A DNA stretch of 63,316 nt, counting the filler, from Squatina squatina (lineage: Eukaryota), in assembly GCA_031763465.1 (NCBI GenBank). It is 4 parts of 4 records of this genome, joined end to end, with 100 filler letters (N's around TTAATTAATTAA, not from the genome) between each part and the next. Parts side by side here need not be neighbours in the genome. Positions count along the whole stretch, not along the records: positions 1 to 13,487 come from JARFOE010000194.1; 3 more parts are not named here. The stretch is one strand, 5' to 3'. The notes beneath the pieces were generated by a model. That model saw only the letters and a program-made list of their open reading frames with translations, was not told the DNA's origin and searched no databases. The translations under genes were made by a program, and so were the position numbers. Positions 1 through 11,585 of this stretch are shown piece by piece. How positions within the stretch are numbered: position 1 is the first letter of the stretch; each line of letters starts with the position of its first letter.

Positions 1-406
1 CTCCAATGGCGAGTCACTTCCCTAAGGTTTATAAAGTAAACAAAAAGGTTGTGATTCTGACCAAATTCAAACGGTTAATGGCCGTACATCACCTTTAGTT
101 TATTCCTGTACTGTTCAATACCATTATTATATACTTAAGCTGCTTATAAATTCCAAATTTTCTTTAGTATAATTCTCCTGGCCAGCTGGAAATGCATTCC
201 GTCCTTTTGCCTGCTGGCATTTACTTGTCAGCACTTGTAAATGACATAATCTCATAATTTCAAGAGTAGGGATATTGCACTACACAATTTAAACAGTCAT
301 ATTGGAATTTATTTCATTGCTTAATTAATGTATGTATTGTACATGATGTACAGAAATTTAACTGCACTCTCAAGTTCTCGTAACCCTGACTATGAGACAT
401 GCTCAC

Positions 407-629
407 CAGTGAGGTAGAAGCAGCAGGGTGATTATATGGAAACCACCAAACTGTTTTGTAGATGTTAATGTACTGAACAAGGAGAGCCATCAGCAGGTAA
501 ATGAAAAAAAGGAGCTCAAAGACAAGGCATCCGTCCATCGGCAAGTCAGGGATACGGCAGTGACGGACGGGTTCCGGGGTAATCAAGGCAGTGATGGGAG
601 GGGCAGACAGACCAACGGCACTGCCATTC
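407..629 (-). CDS. TMEM39A: TMEM39A internal coding exon (223 nt)
   Basis: Pyrimidine tract + AG acceptor (631-630), GTGAG donor (406). Translation (R)[74 protein letters not shown] closely matches the recalled vertebrate TMEM39A N-terminal region. Confidence 0.9.
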
Positions 630-1016
630 CTAAACAGGGAAAAAGAAAAAAAATTGTAAAACCAAAAAAAAAGGAAAAAACAATTTTAAAGTAAGTAGTT
701 CAAAGCAGCGCCACTGATTTCTTCAAAACACGCATAAACGTTGAAATTTACTCAATGCCTGCAAAACTTCACTTTCAAAAAGAGATGAACCTTTGATCAG
801 AGAAATTTCATTAGATTTCAGAATTCTCTAATTTTCTAAATGGGCGAGTTCAAATAAAGGGACATCATCATTTTTCAATTTAGAGTGAATGGACAACCCC
901 AAATCTACTTAGACTGACAAAGTAGTTATTATTTACTATCTTAGTGGACAAGTCAAACCATAAACGAGAAAGCTCCACCCCATTTCTCTTTAGGGCCACT
1001 GCATGATTGATGAGCA

Positions 1017-1403
1017 AGGTAAAAATCCGAGATATCCAAGATATACAATCCGAGATGCCTACAAGTCGTATATTTCGGATTTTCGATATAGGTGACCTGA
1101 GGTCAGGTCAATTTGGTGACCTCTCCATTATAAGTCAATGGGGAAATATTAAAATGCTCCCTATTTGAAAGACAGGAATCGGATTAGTCTCATTTCTTCA
1201 GGATCATGGTATCTTTGTCAATTATTGATGACCCAAGTGCAACTTTTGATTCGTGACCCCTGTAAAGGTCATCTGAGGTCACCTTAGGTCACTTTCGCTT
1301 TTTTGCCAATAACTCTTGATAGAGGAGAGATAGGAACGTGCGAAAGATACCATTGCGTTCGTCTGACCAAGACGCATCGACTCATATGCATTATGACCCA
1401 ATT
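1017..1403. repeat. Interspersed repeat fragment rich in AGGTCA/TGACCT motifs, truncated by a gap
   Basis: Many GGTCA/TGACC motifs and more CpG than the flanking intron. Family not assigned. Confidence 0.45.
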
Positions 1404-1503
1404 NNNNNNNNNNNNNNNNNNNNNNNNNNNNNNNNNNNNNNNNNNNNNNNNNNNNNNNNNNNNNNNNNNNNNNNNNNNNNNNNNNNNNNNNNNNNNNNNN
1501 NNN

Positions 1504-1623
1504 GAGACAAAGAGGTCCTGCAGAAAGCCTGCCAAGGAGTGACCCATGTTATTCACACTGCTTCTGTGATTGACATCTGGGGTAACTTCACCAAAGAAGA
1601 ACTAATAGATATCAATGTTGAAG
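1504..1623 (+). CDS. HSD3B1: 3-beta-hydroxysteroid dehydrogenase/Delta5-4 isomerase, penultimate coding exon (5' part lost in gap)
   Basis: DKEVLQKACQGVTHVIHTASVIDIWGNFTKEELIDINVE(G), then phase-1 GT donor at 1624, compatible with the acceptor at 3738-3739. Confidence 0.85.
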
Positions 1624-2744
1624 GTACGACTTGAAGTGAAGGAGAGCAAGGCATAGAACAGTGCAGGATATGACTGCGTGTGAGAATGGGCTGAAATTTA
1701 GTTACTGTGCCCTGGTGATGCAAGCAGATGCTGGGTGCAGAAGCAGCACAAAACTGGGAGCAGAGGCCTTACATCAAATTTGCACTTGCTCCAGGTTTTC
1801 TGCTGAGCGTGCACTGGAGAACCCGGAGTTTCACGCTCAGTAGGGCACTAATTTTATATATTTGGGGAGGAGGTTTGGCTTACTATTGTGCAAGTTTGGG
1901 TGGGTTGCTTTACTGGCATGATGTCATTGCTGTACACTTGTAAAAACTGGAACACAGCACATTCCTGCAGGTGCACAGCTGAGAAATACTCTTCAAGCTG
2001 TCCTGCCTGACTCCTTTGCAGTGATATATGAGACCTCATATTTGGGCCTTTTTTGTGCTGTTTAAATTGCAATTTTGTTCTCAGAGCTTCTTTGGATTGG
2101 TTCATTAATTTGTTGCCTTTTATTGGCTAGAATTTAAGTTTTGCTTCTTTCCATTCAAGGTAGCTTGTCTGAGATAGGCACCTGCGTACTATGGATAGCA
2201 TGGGCATTCTCTTAGAAATTCACATTTTTAATTAGGATGGTTGAGAATAAAACAGAATTTTACAGTCAGGAGCAGAGGCAGGTATGCATGCATGGGGAGA
2301 TGACTCAGCAGACCTGAGTATAGATCATGCCACAGGTGCCTGAGGAGCTGTGTCTTTACTGGGATGCAGTCATGTAACAGTTATGTAACTCTGCTGTGTC
2401 CTACAACTGAACCTCCAAACTCCTCTATTACTGGAATGGATCTGCCCAAAGAAGTTAAAGTCATAAGCCTTGAACATCTATGCTGGCTTCTTACAGGAAA
2501 TTACAGGTGTCATCTGTTAGATTAGCCAGTATTCAGTGCATTGTTGCATACTGCAGGTAGCAGACATTGTTTTCCGGGGCCAATGACTTCATCACTTTTC
2601 CTATGAGGACGAGGAACATCAATAGAAGAGGGCTCTTCACTTTTTCAGAGTAGTTGGCTTCCCAAGAATCAAAGGTCACATCTACGCAGCCCATGTGGCC
2701 GTGCAGATTCCTTTCAACAATGCTATGGCAATTATAAACTTGAG

Positions 2745-2908
2745 ATCATCCAAAACTTTGCTGCCCGTATCCTAACTTGCGTCTCATTCACCCATCATGG
2801 CTCCTAATCCTGCAACAGCTCGATTTAAAAATTCTCATCTTTGTTTTCAAATCTCTCCATATCTGTGTAAACTCCTCCAGACCTACAACACTCCAAGATT
2901 TATGCACT
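2745..2908 (+). mobile_element. LINE2-like ORF2 3' fragment (decayed)
   Basis: Similar to other L2-like copies in the window (AARIL...FKILI.VFKSLH-type residual translation). Confidence 0.55.
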
Positions 2909-3739
2909 NNNNNNNNNNNNNNNNNNNNNNNNNNNNNNNNNNNNNNNNNNNNNNNNNNNNNNNNNNNNNNNNNNNNNNNNNNNNNNNNNNNNNNNNNNNN
3001 NNNNNNNNNNNNNNNNNNNNNNNNNNNNNNNNNNNNNNNNNNNNNNNNNNNNNNNNNNNNNNNNNNNNNNNNNNNNNNNNNNNNNNNNNNNNNNNNNNNN
3101 NNNNNNNNNNNNNNNNNNNNNNNNNNNNNNNNNNNNNNNNNNNNNNNNNNNNNNNNNNNNNNNNNNNNNNNNNNNNNNNNNNNNNNNNNNNNNNNNNNNN
3201 NNNNNNNNNNNNNNNNNNNNNNNNNNNNNNNNNNNNNNNNNNNNNNNNNNNNNNNNNNNNNNNNNNNNNNNNNNNNNNNNNNNNNNNNNNNNNNNNNNNN
3301 NNNNNNNNNNNNNNNNNNNNNNNNNNNNNNNNNNNNNNNNNNNNNNNNNNNNNNNNNNNNNNNNNNNNNNNNNNNNNNNNNNNNNNNNNNNNNNNNNNNN
3401 NNNNNNNNNNNNNNNNNNNNNNNNNNNNNNNNNNNNNNNNNNNNNNNNNNNNNNNNNNNNNNNNNNNNNNNNNNNNNNNNNNNNNNNNNNNNNNNNNNNN
3501 NNNNNNNNNNNNNNNNNNNNNNNNNNNNNNNNNNNNNNNNNNNNNNNNNNNNNNNNNNNNNNNNNNNNNNNNNNNNNNNNNNNNNNNNNNNNNNNNNNNN
3601 NNNNNNNNNNNAAGTTGCTTTCACTCTTCATTTCTGCTCACGGCATTCAGTGTATTTCTTTTTCATTATGTACTAGCATGGCTTCTGTTTCTTTTTTTAA
3701 ATCAGCCTTGAATTATATTGTTTCATTTTGATTTGGCAG

Positions 3740-4554
3740 GAAGTCGTCTTTTGCTAGAAACCTGTATTCAGCAGAATGTGAAATGCTTTATCTACACCAG
3801 TAGTGTAGAGGTGATGGGACCAAATGAAAGAGGCGATCCTATCTGTAATGGCGATGAAGACACAGTCTACCTTAGCAAACTAAAGTTTTGGTACAGCAAA
3901 ACAAAATACACAGCAGAAAAATTAGTCCTGACAATGAATGGATGCCTCTTACCTAATGGTGAGCGAATAGTAACATGTGCCTTACGCCCCATGTATATCT
4001 ATGGAGAAAATTGCCGCTTTATATTAGAACACATAGATGAAGGAATCATTAATGGAGATGTTCTGCAGAGAACTTCCAAGAAACAGGCTCTCGTGAACCC
4101 AGTGTATGTTGGCAATGTGGCTTGGGCCCATGTTTTAGTGGCCAGAGCCGTGAAAGATCAGGCCAAGAAGAAAATTGTTGGTGGAAAGTTCTATTACATC
4201 ACAGATGATACCCCACACATGAGTTACTCAGATTTTAACCATGAGCTGATGGGCCCGTTGGGGTTTACAATTCCAGAAAAGCTAAGCATGCCTCTGCTGC
4301 TCATGTACTTCATCGCTTTCATACTGGAAATGGTGGCATTTTTGTTAAGGCCATTTATCAGATATACTCCCAAAATAACCCGATACCTCATCATAATGCT
4401 CAACACAAAGTTCACCTTTACCAGCCACAAAGCCCAGAATGATTTTGGCTACATACCCCGTTACAGTTGGGAGGTGGCAAAAAAGAAGACCATTACCTGG
4501 TTGGCTTCAAGTATACAAGAGCGGAGAGATTTTTTAAATAAAAAACAACGCTAA
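3740..4554 (+). CDS. HSD3B1: 3-beta-HSD large terminal coding exon
   Basis: TTTGGCAG acceptor. Extended-SDR motifs FIYTSSVEV, catalytic YSKTK (YxxxK), TCALRPMYIYGE, NPVYVGNVAWAH, YYITDDTPH; stop TAA 4552-4554. One large last exon fits HSD3B1/2 rather than HSD3B7. Confidence 0.92.
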
Positions 4555-5043
4555 AGCTACAGGTGTAAAAGCATAAATCTTTGGGGTGAGGTGTTTGAAA
4601 TTCTGAGTGACTACTTTGGTGTACTGGTTAATGTCTTTCTGTAAAATTATGTATAAAGTTAAAAAAACATACACACAACAATTCGGTCTATAAATAGTAT
4701 TCAGCAGTATTTCTACTGTTATAAGGATTTAATTGACAAAACTTCCCANNNNNNNNNNNNNNNNNNNNNNNNNNNNNNNNNNNNNNNNNNNNNNNNNNNN
4801 NNNNNNNNNNNNNNNNNNNNNNNNNNNNNNNNNNNNNNNNNNNNNNNNTGGACATTTTTTTAAAAGTTGGTGAGGTTACAGGGATTGCTGCTGCAAGTGG
4901 TGAATGCCTTGGTTCTGACTTCAAGGGTTCTGGTCAGACCACTGACTCCCAGCCAAGGTTGCTGCAGTTGTCATCCCCCTTGGCCTGCAGTATAACAGGG
5001 TGATGGAGCAGAAACAGCGAAAAAGAGGACAAGCTGCTCACAA

Positions 5044-5945
5044 ATGGAGAAGGATGTGGGGAAGAAGGGCTCTAAGCCTTACCTACCTAGGATTTTCCGA
5101 CAGCAATTCTCTTACCTCAGCCTGAGCCAGGAGCAGTGTGTGAAACGTCTGCACTTTACAAAGGAGGTGCTCACAGAACTCTGCCACCTCTTGCAACCAG
5201 ATCTGCAGCTTCACAGCAGGGCAAGGACAGCATAGCTATGAAGGTGACCGTGGCCCTGAATTTCCTCATGTTGGGATCCTTCCAGCTGGAGCAGGTGACA
5301 TCTGTAACATCTCACAATTCGCTGTCCATTGCTGCATGAGAGGTGACAGGAGCTCTTAATGCCAGGAGAGGGGACTTTATGGTCTTCTCTCTGACCAGAG
5401 AGAAGCAGGCAGAGTGTGCACCTGGCTTTGCCAAGACAGCAGGCTTCCCCATGGTGCAGGGCGCCAGCGACTGTACGCACGTGGTTTTGAAGGCACTGCA
5501 TCTAAATGCTGAGATGTACCGCAACTGCAAAGGTTATCACTCGCTGAGTGTGCCATTCGTATGCAACCATCCCCAGCACATCATGATGGTGAATGCCCAG
5601 TATCCTGGCAGCAGTCATGATGCTTTAATTCTGTGCCAGTCCACTATTCCCTCAGTCTTTGTGCCACCACGACAAATCAGAGGGTGTCTAGTGGGTGACA
5701 AGGGCTAACCGCTGACCACCTAGCTCATGACTCCGCTCCACAACACAACTACACATAAACAGCATGCGTACAATAAGAGCCATGCTGCCACATAGAATTT
5801 GCTAGAGCACACCATTGTCGCTGCCTGGATAGCTCTGGGGGAGTCCTGCAGTACTCACCAGAGCGTGTCTCAAGATTCGGCGTGGTCTGCTGCATGTTCT
5901 ATGTGCTCATCATCATGAGGACATAGCCCTTGCCACCAGGCATAC
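5044..5945 (+). mobile_element. PIF/Harbinger transposase (HARBI1-like, DDE_Tnp_4) pseudogene, copy 1
   Basis: Frameshifted pieces PYLPRIFRQQFSYLSLSQEQCVKRLHF, VKVTVALNF...GSFQ, AGFPMVQGASDCTH, YPGSSHDA, GDKG*P with in-frame stops. Confidence 0.85.
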
Positions 5946-6099
5946 AGCGGCCCGCTAAGGAAGAGGAGAAAGCAAAAGGGAGGAGGCAACCCAGACATCC
6001 CCTTTCTCCCTGGGCTGTTGGTGATTGACTCTTCGAATTGTGGTACTAGTGAACGCAATCCCAATCTCCCATTCAACATTAGTCCCTTTACTTTTCCTC

Positions 6100-6670
6100 A
6101 GTTACTGACCTTCCCAGCGTCCTATTGATGACATGCTGAAATAAAAGCAACCACAAAAGCAACATTCCAATCCAGCTTTGTACATCAAGCCATCACTTCT
6201 GTACTGGAAAGGATGGGCTCCAAGCTCTGCGCAAAGCCCTGTGCCAGGTTGGTGCCAGACCTCTCCATGCTCCTTGGCTTTCTGGCAGGCCTGCCAATGC
6301 ACCAAACATTTAATTGTGCATACCCATCAGCATTCTTCTGTAGGCTGCCCCATCCAAGTTCTCATCTGAGTCTTCTGCAGCAGAATGCATGTGCCACCTT
6401 GTCCTCGGCAGAGCTGGCACCCGTGCTACACTTTCCCCCTGCTCCAGCTGTAGCTCACTTGTGCCCAGTGACTCCCCACATGCAGATCCCGCCTCTAGGC
6501 TACGCTCTAGAGTCTGCCAGTATCTGAACTTGTGGCTGCGAGTGTTAGATCGAATGATGGTGTTTCTTCTTCATCATCACTCTCCTTTCCCTCATCTTCT
6601 TGCACCATTGGATGGGCAGGTTGGATTTCTTGAATCTCTGAAATGAGAATGACCCAAGGATAGGTTTGTG
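6100..6670 (-). mobile_element. Possible remnant of the Harbinger second (Myb/SANT-like) ORF, convergent with the transposase
   Basis: GC-richer, decayed coding-like sequence with an acidic stretch (EDEGKESDDEEETPS) directly downstream of the transposase. No Myb motif is visible. Confidence 0.35.
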
Positions 6671-6770
6671 NNNNNNNNNNNNNNNNNNNNNNNNNNNNNN
6701 NNNNNNNNNNNNNNNNNNNNNNNNNNNNNNNNNNNNNNNNNNNNNNNNNNNNNNNNNNNNNNNNNNNNNN

Positions 6771-7321
6771 ATGGAGGAGAGGCGGTGAAGAAGGGGACAA
6801 GCTGCTTGCAGAGGGAGGAGGAGGAGAAGGGCTCTCAGCAGGAGACCTTGTCCACCTAGGGTCTTCAGAGAGCAATTCTTTTACCACAACCTGAGCCAGG
6901 AACAGTGTCTGAGGCACCTATGCTTAACGGAGGAGGTGCTCACATAACTCTGCCACCTCTTGCAACCAGACCTGCAACCTCACGCCAGGACAGTTGCTGT
7001 GAAGGTGGCCATGGCCCTGAATTTCCTCACGTCTGGATTCTTCCAGGCTGGAACAAGCACAATTTGCTGTCCACTGCTGCATAAGAGAGGTGACAGAAGC
7101 TCTTTATGCCAGGCGAGGGGACTTCATTGTATTCTCTCTGACCAGAGAGAGGCAGACAGAGCATGCACATGGCTTTGCCAGTAGAGTGGACTTCCCCATG
7201 GTGCAAGGTGGCATCGACTGCACACACATGGCTTTGTGGGCACCGTAAAGAACCGTTGAGTTGTACCACAACTGCAAAAGGTACCACTCGCTGAATATGC
7301 AGTTGGTGTATGACCATGCTC
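6771..7321 (+). mobile_element. PIF/Harbinger transposase pseudogene, copy 2
   Basis: Colinear and clearly similar to about 5000-5575 (ctctgccacctcttgcaaccaga, gtgaaggtggccatggccctgaatttcctc, ttccccatggtgcaaggtggcatcgactgcacaca); bounded by gaps. Confidence 0.85.
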
Positions 7322-7839
7322 NNNNNNNNNNNNNNNNNNNNNNNNNNNNNNNNNNNNNNNNNNNNNNNNNNNNNNNNNNNNNNNNNNNNNNNNNNNNNNN
7401 NNNNNNNNNNNNNNNNNNNNNAACCTGGGCCACTATAGCTGTTGAAGCTGGATTATCTTGTCAAATCTGGGCTCTTACTAGTCTGTATAACATGACTTAA
7501 TTGCTAATTAAATTCTGTGACTCATGAGGAGAATATATGTTAAAAATTAGTGCTATCATAATGAATATACACTCCACAAACTAATTAAAAATCAGGAATC
7601 TTGATAAAGATTCAATAGGATAAATGATAATCATTCCAAAGAATTTTCTACAATACCAGATATATATTTGACATAATCCTACAATTTGTAAAATATGTCA
7701 TTAAGTGATATAGGTTTTAATATAAAACATAATGTACACAAAACCAAGTTTTTTTAGAGCAGTCCGTGTGGTGGTCCCACACTTACAGTAAACTCAATGT
7801 ATGGCTTTACAAGGGTACAATTAAAGTACAATTTGCATT

Positions 7840-10800
7840 TTATTTGTTTAAAAGCGTTTTAAGTGAACGGGTTAGTGTGCTTACGATAGCCGTCATGGTA
7901 ATTGAATGTCGCGCTAAAACCTTAACATTAGGGTCGATGGGGGCTGCTCCAAATACTGCTTCAGCAGCTCTCAGTAGACAAATATAGTTCATTACAACCT
8001 CGTCTACCTTAGCAACAATTTCCTGTTGCTGTGTTTCAGAATTCATTACTTTAACTAATCGCATGCAGGCTTCTGTTAAGCAACACAGTACTTGGAAGCT
8101 GGAAGTCATAGCTGAGAGCATTTCCTCTGGGCTTTTTTCTGCGGCAGCCATTTTCCTGCAAGCACTTCCCAACTCTCTCGATTCAACTGACAACAGTTGG
8201 TTGTATTGGTTAAATCGGAGTTGATAAAGATCNNNNNNNNNNCTGGTTTTCCATGTTCTTTTTTTCCAATGCTTGCCTGCAATAGAGACAGCAGTTCGCT
8301 GGCATCTTTCTGTGCTGTAAGAAATCCATCTGGCAATGCATACACCTTGTCCTTCAGAGCATTGATTCTGGCAATCCTGCTGTCAAATGCCATGTCATTA
8401 AGGTTAATGCCTGTGCGTTCCTGCTCTTTGCCACTGTTGCTACCAGTCTCCCTGCGAGGCGCCACAGTAGGTCCCACAGCTTTCCTGGCATTTGCAATGC
8501 TGGAGGATGTACAGAATGCTTCAGATGCACTGGAGAACAGATGATTTTGGTCCAAGTGACACAACTGGCCCTTACTGCCATAACCATCATCATCGTCATC
8601 AGCATCATTGTCTTTATTAAGGAAACAATAGGTAAAAGGACCATGACACTTCCAGTTGCTCGTCTCCACCTTTGGGAAAGGCATCGGCCTAATGTGTCGA
8701 AAATCCTTGTGCACTGAAAATATCTGTGATGATCTCCGACTCTCCTTTCCATCTGCAGTAGTGGAGCAGCAGGGTGAATTCATCGCCACTGATTCTTGAG
8801 AGTGGCTCTTGGATAATCTCTCGCCCAGAGGAAGTTCAACTCTTTTCTGTACAGGTTGAGGATTGGGTACTTCGGGGAGATCAGAATATTGGAATCCTAT
8901 GGAACTCTTTGATTTTTCTAATAGGGTTTCTACGCTTCCCATTCCTGGTGTAACACTGCTGCTGCAACGCCTCAGCACCTTCCTTCTGGGAGGAATTTTA
9001 AGGCTTCCTCCACCAACATCACAGGCCTTTCTATGAAGTGCTGTTGCACGCACTTGCTCTACTTTGGGAAGATCAGGTGATTCTTGGCAGGTACTTGGCA
9101 CCTCTGTATCATTGCAAATGTGTGATGGCNNNNNNNNNNGCTTTGAATTGATTAGTGGGAGCTGAAGTTGCACCTCCTCTTCCTCCTTGCTCAGGCTCTG
9201 TGCAAGCTACACTATGGGTGGCAGAAAAACACAGAGAATCATTAAGCATCTCCTTGACAACATGCTGCAATTTACAATCTGGGTTGCACTGCTTGTCCTT
9301 AGCAGAGAGCTGCTTCTCATGAAAACCTCCAGGCAGAGCTTTATCATTCTCACTGGCAGCTCCTTTACTCAGACTGAGACATTGCTCAGAATGCNNNNNN
9401 NNNNNNNNNNNNNNNNNNNNNNNNNNNNNNTGTCTCCTTTCCTTATTAATTGTTTCCTCAAGCTGCCTAGGTTTTTGAGTCCTCTGTTTAGCTAAGTCAT
9501 TCTCTCTCCTCAACTTGGATGGTAAAGATGTAAAAAGAATATTTCTAAAGTTATATAGTGAATTCTTACTTTTACTCGAAGCAAATAAATCCTGGTGTCT
9601 AATATGGCCTGGGTCTTTTGATCTTGAAACTAATGAAGGGAATGTTAATGTGTTAGACCTATAATATTTAGAAAATTCCTGATGATCTTTAACACAGTCA
9701 TTTTCATTTGGGAAAGTGATTGATGTGCTTTTAAGATTAGGAAATGTGCTGAGTTTAATTTCTTGAGATGAACTACTACCATCATCAGCCTTGGACTTAC
9801 TTGTTCTTTCCACCATATCTGTATTACAATTTTGAGAGCTAACTTCACGAGATGAACCTGACAAAAGAGGATTAGTTTCTTGATCTCGAAAATAATCATT
9901 CCCTTCACTCTCTATCTTACTTTCAAATCTTAAATGTTGCAGCTCAACATCTGCGTAAATATTATCTCTGTTTACTGAGGTACCTGTGGTTTCTTTAATC
10001 TTGGGTACTCGGTGGCACCCATCACGTATGGTACCAAATATTGGTTCAGCATTTGAAGGCGCATGCGTATTATGGGCTGTTCTTCTATGACACATGGATT
10101 CAGCTTGNNNNNNNNNNNNNNNNNNNNNNNNNNNNNNNNNNNNNNNNNNNNNNNNNNNNNNNNNNNNNNNNNNNNNNNNNNNNNNNNNNNNNNNNNNNNN
10201 NNNNNNNNNNNNNNNNNNNNNNNNNNNNNNNNNNNNNNNNNNNNNNNNNNNNNNNNNNNNNNNNNNNNNNNNNNNNNNNNNNNNNNNNNNNNNNNNNNNN
10301 NNNNNNNNNNNNNNNNNNNNNNNNNNNNNNNNNNNNNNNNNNNNNNNNNNNNNNNNNNNNNNNNNNNNNNNNNNNNNNNNNNNNNNNNNNNNNNNNNNNN
10401 NNNNNNNNNNNNNNNNNNNNNNNNNNNNNNNNNNNNNNNNNNNNNNNNNNNNNNNNNNNNNNNNNNNNNNNNNNNNNNNNNNNNNNNNNNNNNNNNNNNN
10501 NNNNNNNNNNNNNNNNNNNNNNNNNNNNNNNNNNNNNNNNNNNNNNNNNNNNNNNNNNNNNNNNNNNNNNNNNNNNNNNNNNNNNNNNNNNNNNNNNNNN
10601 NNNNNNNNNNNNNNNNNNNNNNNNNNNNNNNNNNNNNNNNNNNNNNNNNNNNNNNNNNCTGAAACTTGAAACCACCTTTGTGTCTCTCTACGGAAAGTAG
10701 TGCTTTCTAAGTCAAAAGAAGTTGTGCGATGACAGTTCTTTGCAATCAGTGTGTTGTATTTGCTGCTGGATGACATATCATCACCCAATTCTGTCTTTTT

Positions 10801-11294
10801 GTTTGCATGTTGCCTTTTCATTGATACATTACCATCAAAAGCTATCTTGATACTAGTATCACCTGCCTTGCTTTTTTGCTTACTTGGGCATGAATACATC
10901 AGAGATCCCATCTGCAGTTTGCTGAAGTAGTCTGTAACAGATTTTGTCTCCATTGTCTCTGGCTCCATTTCAATTTCCTCAGAAGGAAGAATTTGTTTTG
11001 AAGGCACAGCTTTGGACTTTGCATTGCTTCCTCGTTGAGCAGTCAAGGAATGTGTTGCTTTTGGAATCATTTTGGAAGTGGGCCCTACATTCTCATTCTG
11101 AGAGATTGGGAATTCAGTTTGCTCTTCTTGAAGTTGCTGATAGCCTTCACTGGTGGCCACAAGCATATGCATGGAACCCTCAGAATGCTTCTGTGCTGAG
11201 GCTACCTCAGAGCTTTCAGTCATTTCAGAGGAGTTTGTTTCATTGCCAGAATCCGATGACGACTCAGGACTATAAGCTCTTAATATCACTACAC
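7840..11294 (-). CDS. FRMPD4: FRMPD4 (Preso1) 3' coding region with long C-terminal extension; interrupted by four N gaps
   Basis: Acceptor at 11296-11295, then (G)[61 protein letters not shown]. Ends in a helical domain [28 protein letters not shown]...[13 protein letters not shown] (TAA 7842-7840). Frame changes coincide with 10-N gaps. Confidence 0.88.
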
Positions 11295-11585
11295 CTGTAT
11301 GCCATAAGAGAATAAACAGCCAATTAATTACTTCATCAATAATGGTGGNNNNNNNNNNNNNNNNNNNNNNNNNNNNNNNNNNNNNNNNNNNNNNNNNNNN
11401 NNNNNNNNNNNNNNNNNNNNNNNNNNNNNNNNNNNNNNNNNNNNNNNNNNNNNNNNNNNNNNNNNNNNNNNNNNNNNNNNNNNNNNNNNNNNNNNNNNNG
11501 TTCTGGAATGTTTCCAAGTTGTTAACAAGTTTACAGATGGAACATTATGACAGTCAATGAATAAATGTTACTATGGTGAAAGAAC

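Noticed and set aside
2777-3711. Long ORFs of 200-370 aa here and at 10041-10700 and 40250-41374
   Set aside because: They are mostly N-gap translation (X), not real reading frames.
8233-9139. Apparent frameshifts suggesting FRMPD4 is a pseudogene
   Set aside because: Both frame changes coincide with 10-N placeholder gaps of unknown true length.
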